Both the position numbers and the translations under genes were made by a program. A stretch of DNA of 60,141 nucleotides from Bacteroides sp. UBA939 (GTDB lineage Bacteria > Bacteroidota > Bacteroidia > Bacteroidales > Bacteroidaceae): NCBI RefSeq assembly GCF_002293435.1, contig NZ_DBDF01000038.1, positions 1 to 60,141 of the forward strand, given 5' to 3'. Below, piece after piece: positions 57,454-60,141 of this stretch; within the stretch, counting starts at the first letter, position 1; each line of letters opens with the position of its first letter. The notes beneath the pieces were generated by a model, which saw only the letters and a program-made list of their open reading frames with translations, made no database searches and was not told the origin of the DNA.

Positions 57454-58698
57454 TTATTCATAACGCATCGAATTGGCGGGATGAATGCGCGTTATGAGAT
57501 ATGACGGGCCTAAAAGCATCAAGACCGACACCACTAAAGTCCCTATATTCAACAACAGGAACAAGAGAATATTGAAAGATACGGGAACGGTATCCATGTT
57601 ATACGTTTCAGGATTGAGTTTAAAGATACGCAACCACTTCTGTATAAAATAGAAAGCCAGCCCAATAGCATTTCCCCATAACATCCCCTTTCCTATGAGG
57701 AAGACGGAAAACCAAAGAAACACTTTACGGATAGTGGTATTATTGGCGCCCAAAGACTTCAGTACCCCAATCATGGAAGTACGTTCAATGATAATAATCA
57801 GCAAACCGGATACCATCGTAAACCCTGCCACACCGACCATTAATATCAATATCACCCAGATATTCACATCCAGGATGTCGAGCCAGGCAAATATCTGCGG
57901 ATTAAGCTGTTCAATATTACGCACGCTGTAACTCACACCATACTTATCCGGGAAACCATCCATATCGACGGCTATCTGATAAGTAGTTTCTTCCAAATAA
58001 TCATAATTGCGAACCTGCAATTCCGCTCCGCTCACTTGTTCGGCTTTCCAATTATTCAGGCGATTCACAAGATAAAGGTCGGTAAGCAGGAAGAGATTAT
58101 CATATTCCGAGAAATTAGTTTGATAGATACCCACAATCTGTAAACGGCGGGCACGAACATTCTCCTGTATATAATAGGTGTCTATTTTATCTCCCGGTTT
58201 CAATCTTAATTTCGTTGCCAGCGCTTTGGATATAATCACACTATTAGAGGAAGCCGAATCGCTAAACTGAGGCAGTTCACCCTCAACCAGATGCTTACTG
58301 AAAAAAGCCGGGTCAAACTCAGGCCCTACTCCTTTAAGTACCATACCCTGGAAATCTTCGGCAGTCTTTATCATCCCCGGTTTGGTGGAGTAACGCTGCA
58401 CATGCCTCACTTCCGGATATGCGGAAAGAGCGGACATCAAACTGTCATTCACCACTACGGGGCGCGTTTCATAAGAACGGGCGGCATCTGCACTGCTAAG
58501 CTGAATATGCGCGCCAAACCCTACCACTTTATCACGAACCTCACTCTTGAAGCCCACAATTACCGACACCGTAATAATCATTACCGCCAAACCGATAGCA
58601 ACGCCTATCAGGGCAATAAGTACGGCAGGACGGGAAACTTGTTTTTCGGCGTCACTGTCGCGATAAATGCGACGGGCAAGAAAAAGGGGCAGACTCAT
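57454..58698 (-). CDS. LolC/E (FtsX-like) ABC transporter permease
   Basis: IA..GVAIGLAVMII.VSV..GFK.E, periplasmic domain, IIERT..IG.LK.LGA, C-terminal I.PA..MRYE. Confidence 0.92.
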   Translation of the reverse strand: MSLPLFLARRIYRDSDAEKQVSRPAVLIALIGVAIGLAVMIITVSVIVGFKSEVRDKVVGFGAHIQLSSADAARSYETRPVVVNDSLMSALSAYPEVRHVQRYSTKPGMIKTAEDFQGMVLKGVGPEFDPAFFSKHLVEGELPQFSDSASSNSVIISKALATKLRLKPGDKIDTYYIQENVRARRLQIVGIYQTNFSEYDNLFLLTDLYLVNRLNNWKAEQVSGAELQVRNYDYLEETTYQIAVDMDGFPDKYGVSYSVRNIEQLNPQIFAWLDILDVNIWVILILMVGVAGFTMVSGLLIIIIERTSMIGVLKSLGANNTTIRKVFLWFSVFLIGKGMLWGNAIGLAFYFIQKWLRIFKLNPETYNMDTVPVSFNILLFLLLNIGTLVVSVLMLLGPSYLITRIHPANSMRYE

Positions 58699-58743
58699 AT
58701 TCTATAGTGATATATACAACGAAAGAATAAGGCGATAAGCACG

Positions 58744-59943
58744 CTATTCTACTCTTCCGGGGTATGCTTCCAATGCCTTTTCCAGGACAAAGAGCGCACG
58801 GTTCAAATCATCCTTCTTCAACACGTAGGCAATGCGGACTTCGTTACGCCCGGAACCGGGTGTAGTGTAAAAGCCCGAGGCGGGTGCCATAAATACAGTC
58901 TGCCCTTCATATTCAAAGTCCGAAAGGCACCAGGCGCAAAACTTATCCGAATCATCAACCGGCAGTTTAGCCACCGTATAAAAAGCCCCCATAGGAATAG
59001 GAGAATATACACCGGGAATCCTGTTCAAACCGTCAATCAAACATTTACGACGTTCCACATATTCATCATACGTATCACGCAGGTAATCTTCGCCGGCATC
59101 CAGGGAAGCCTCGGCTGCGATTTGCCCGATTAAGGGAGGGCTAAGGCGCGCCTGGCAGAACTTCATTACGGCATTACGAATTTCTTTATTCTTAGTAATC
59201 AAAGCGCCGATACGGATACCGCACTCCGAATAACGCTTAGATACCGAATCAATCAGCACCACGTTATCTTCAATGCCTTCCAGATGACAAGCTGAGATAT
59301 AAGGAGAACCCGTATAAATAAATTCGCGATACACTTCATCAGAGAATAGAAACAAATCGTACTTCTTCACAAGGTCACGTATCTGGTTCATCTCACGGCG
59401 GGTGTACAAGTATCCTGTCGGATTATTGGGATTACATATAAGAATAGCTCTTGTACGCTCATTAATCAGTTCCTCAAACTTTTCCACTTTAGGAAGGGAG
59501 AAACCTTCTTCTATCGTCGAAGAAATAGTGCGTATCCTGGCTCCTGCCGAAATGGCGAATGCCATATAGTTGGCGTATGCAGGTTCCGGAACAATGATTT
59601 CGTCTCCCGGGTTCAGGCATGCCAGGAAAGAAAACAGTACAGCCTCCGAACCACCGGAAGTTATGATAATATCGTCCGCCGTAAGTTTGATATTGAACTT
59701 ATCGTAATAGCCTACCAGCTTTTCGCGGTAGCTACGGTTGCCGGCGCTGGGACTGTATTCCAATACTGTACGGTCTATATTACGAATAGCGTCAATCGCA
59801 ACTTGCGGCGTAGGCAAGTCCGGCTGTCCGATGTTTAAATGGAACACGTGTACTCCCCGTTGTTTGGCAGCATCAGCCAAAGGAGCCAGCTTTCTGATAG
59901 GAGATGCAGGCATCTCCGCTCCACGAATAGATATTGTTGGCAT
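58744..59943 (-). CDS. Class I/II PLP-dependent (aspartate-type) aminotransferase
   Basis: LNIGQPD, GGSEA, CNPNNPTG, SDEVYREF, DSVSKRYSECGIRIG. Confidence 0.95.
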   Translation of the reverse strand: MPTISIRGAEMPASPIRKLAPLADAAKQRGVHVFHLNIGQPDLPTPQVAIDAIRNIDRTVLEYSPSAGNRSYREKLVGYYDKFNIKLTADDIIITSGGSEAVLFSFLACLNPGDEIIVPEPAYANYMAFAISAGARIRTISSTIEEGFSLPKVEKFEELINERTRAILICNPNNPTGYLYTRREMNQIRDLVKKYDLFLFSDEVYREFIYTGSPYISACHLEGIEDNVVLIDSVSKRYSECGIRIGALITKNKEIRNAVMKFCQARLSPPLIGQIAAEASLDAGEDYLRDTYDEYVERRKCLIDGLNRIPGVYSPIPMGAFYTVAKLPVDDSDKFCAWCLSDFEYEGQTVFMAPASGFYTTPGSGRNEVRIAYVLKKDDLNRALFVLEKALEAYPGRVE

Positions 59944-60141
59944 ATATTTAGAATTTACTTTTGACAGTTTAACGATTTACAATAGATATCGCTTTCAATT
60001 TTCAATTAAAACTGCAAATGTAACACTTTATTTGATACAAAGAGGGGGTTGTAACATAAAAACTAAAGCAACCGCACTAAAATCCGGTTCACATATAGTA
60101 CTTACTAACCTGCATTACTCATAAGTGTCTCGTCATAAATG

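Overview
A 60-kb chromosomal window from a Bacteroides-type genome, inferred from SusC/SusD, a hybrid two-component system and TAnnTTTG promoters. Positions ~0.65-21.3 kb hold a membrane-spanning TPR-AraC regulator and then a complete, co-oriented phage-tail-like contractile injection system of the eCIS / Bacteroidales Injection System (BIS) type: cap, sheath, two tubes, plug-like peptide, LysM initiator, VgrG, PAAR, gp25, two baseplate proteins, tape measure, DUF4157 and AAA+ ATPase. An AT-rich slot inside the cluster carries a candidate cargo protein with a His-Gly...Cys clan-CD-protease-like motif. Its N-terminal leader resembles that of the DUF4157 protein and is a candidate loading signal. 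A 21-bp-period direct repeat upstream of the cluster looks like the operator of the adjacent AraC. A five-gene SWIM / DUF5691 / MoxR-AAA / DUF5682 / VWA operon (yehLMPQ-like, function unknown) converges on the cluster with only 9 bp between stop codons. The rest is mostly core Bacteroides content: PatB/MalY, S41 peptidase, OmpA, DUF5103, HTCS with a minimal SusC/SusD/hydrolase unit, TRIC protein, a divergent WecB, GT2s, DUF5686, RarA, LolE-like permease and an aminotransferase. It also includes an AT-rich AIPR defence-type gene beside a decayed mobilisation-gene relic, and several short intergenic repeat arrays. No rRNA, tRNA, CRISPR array or intact transposase was recognised. All family assignments come from motif recognition by eye, not database searches.
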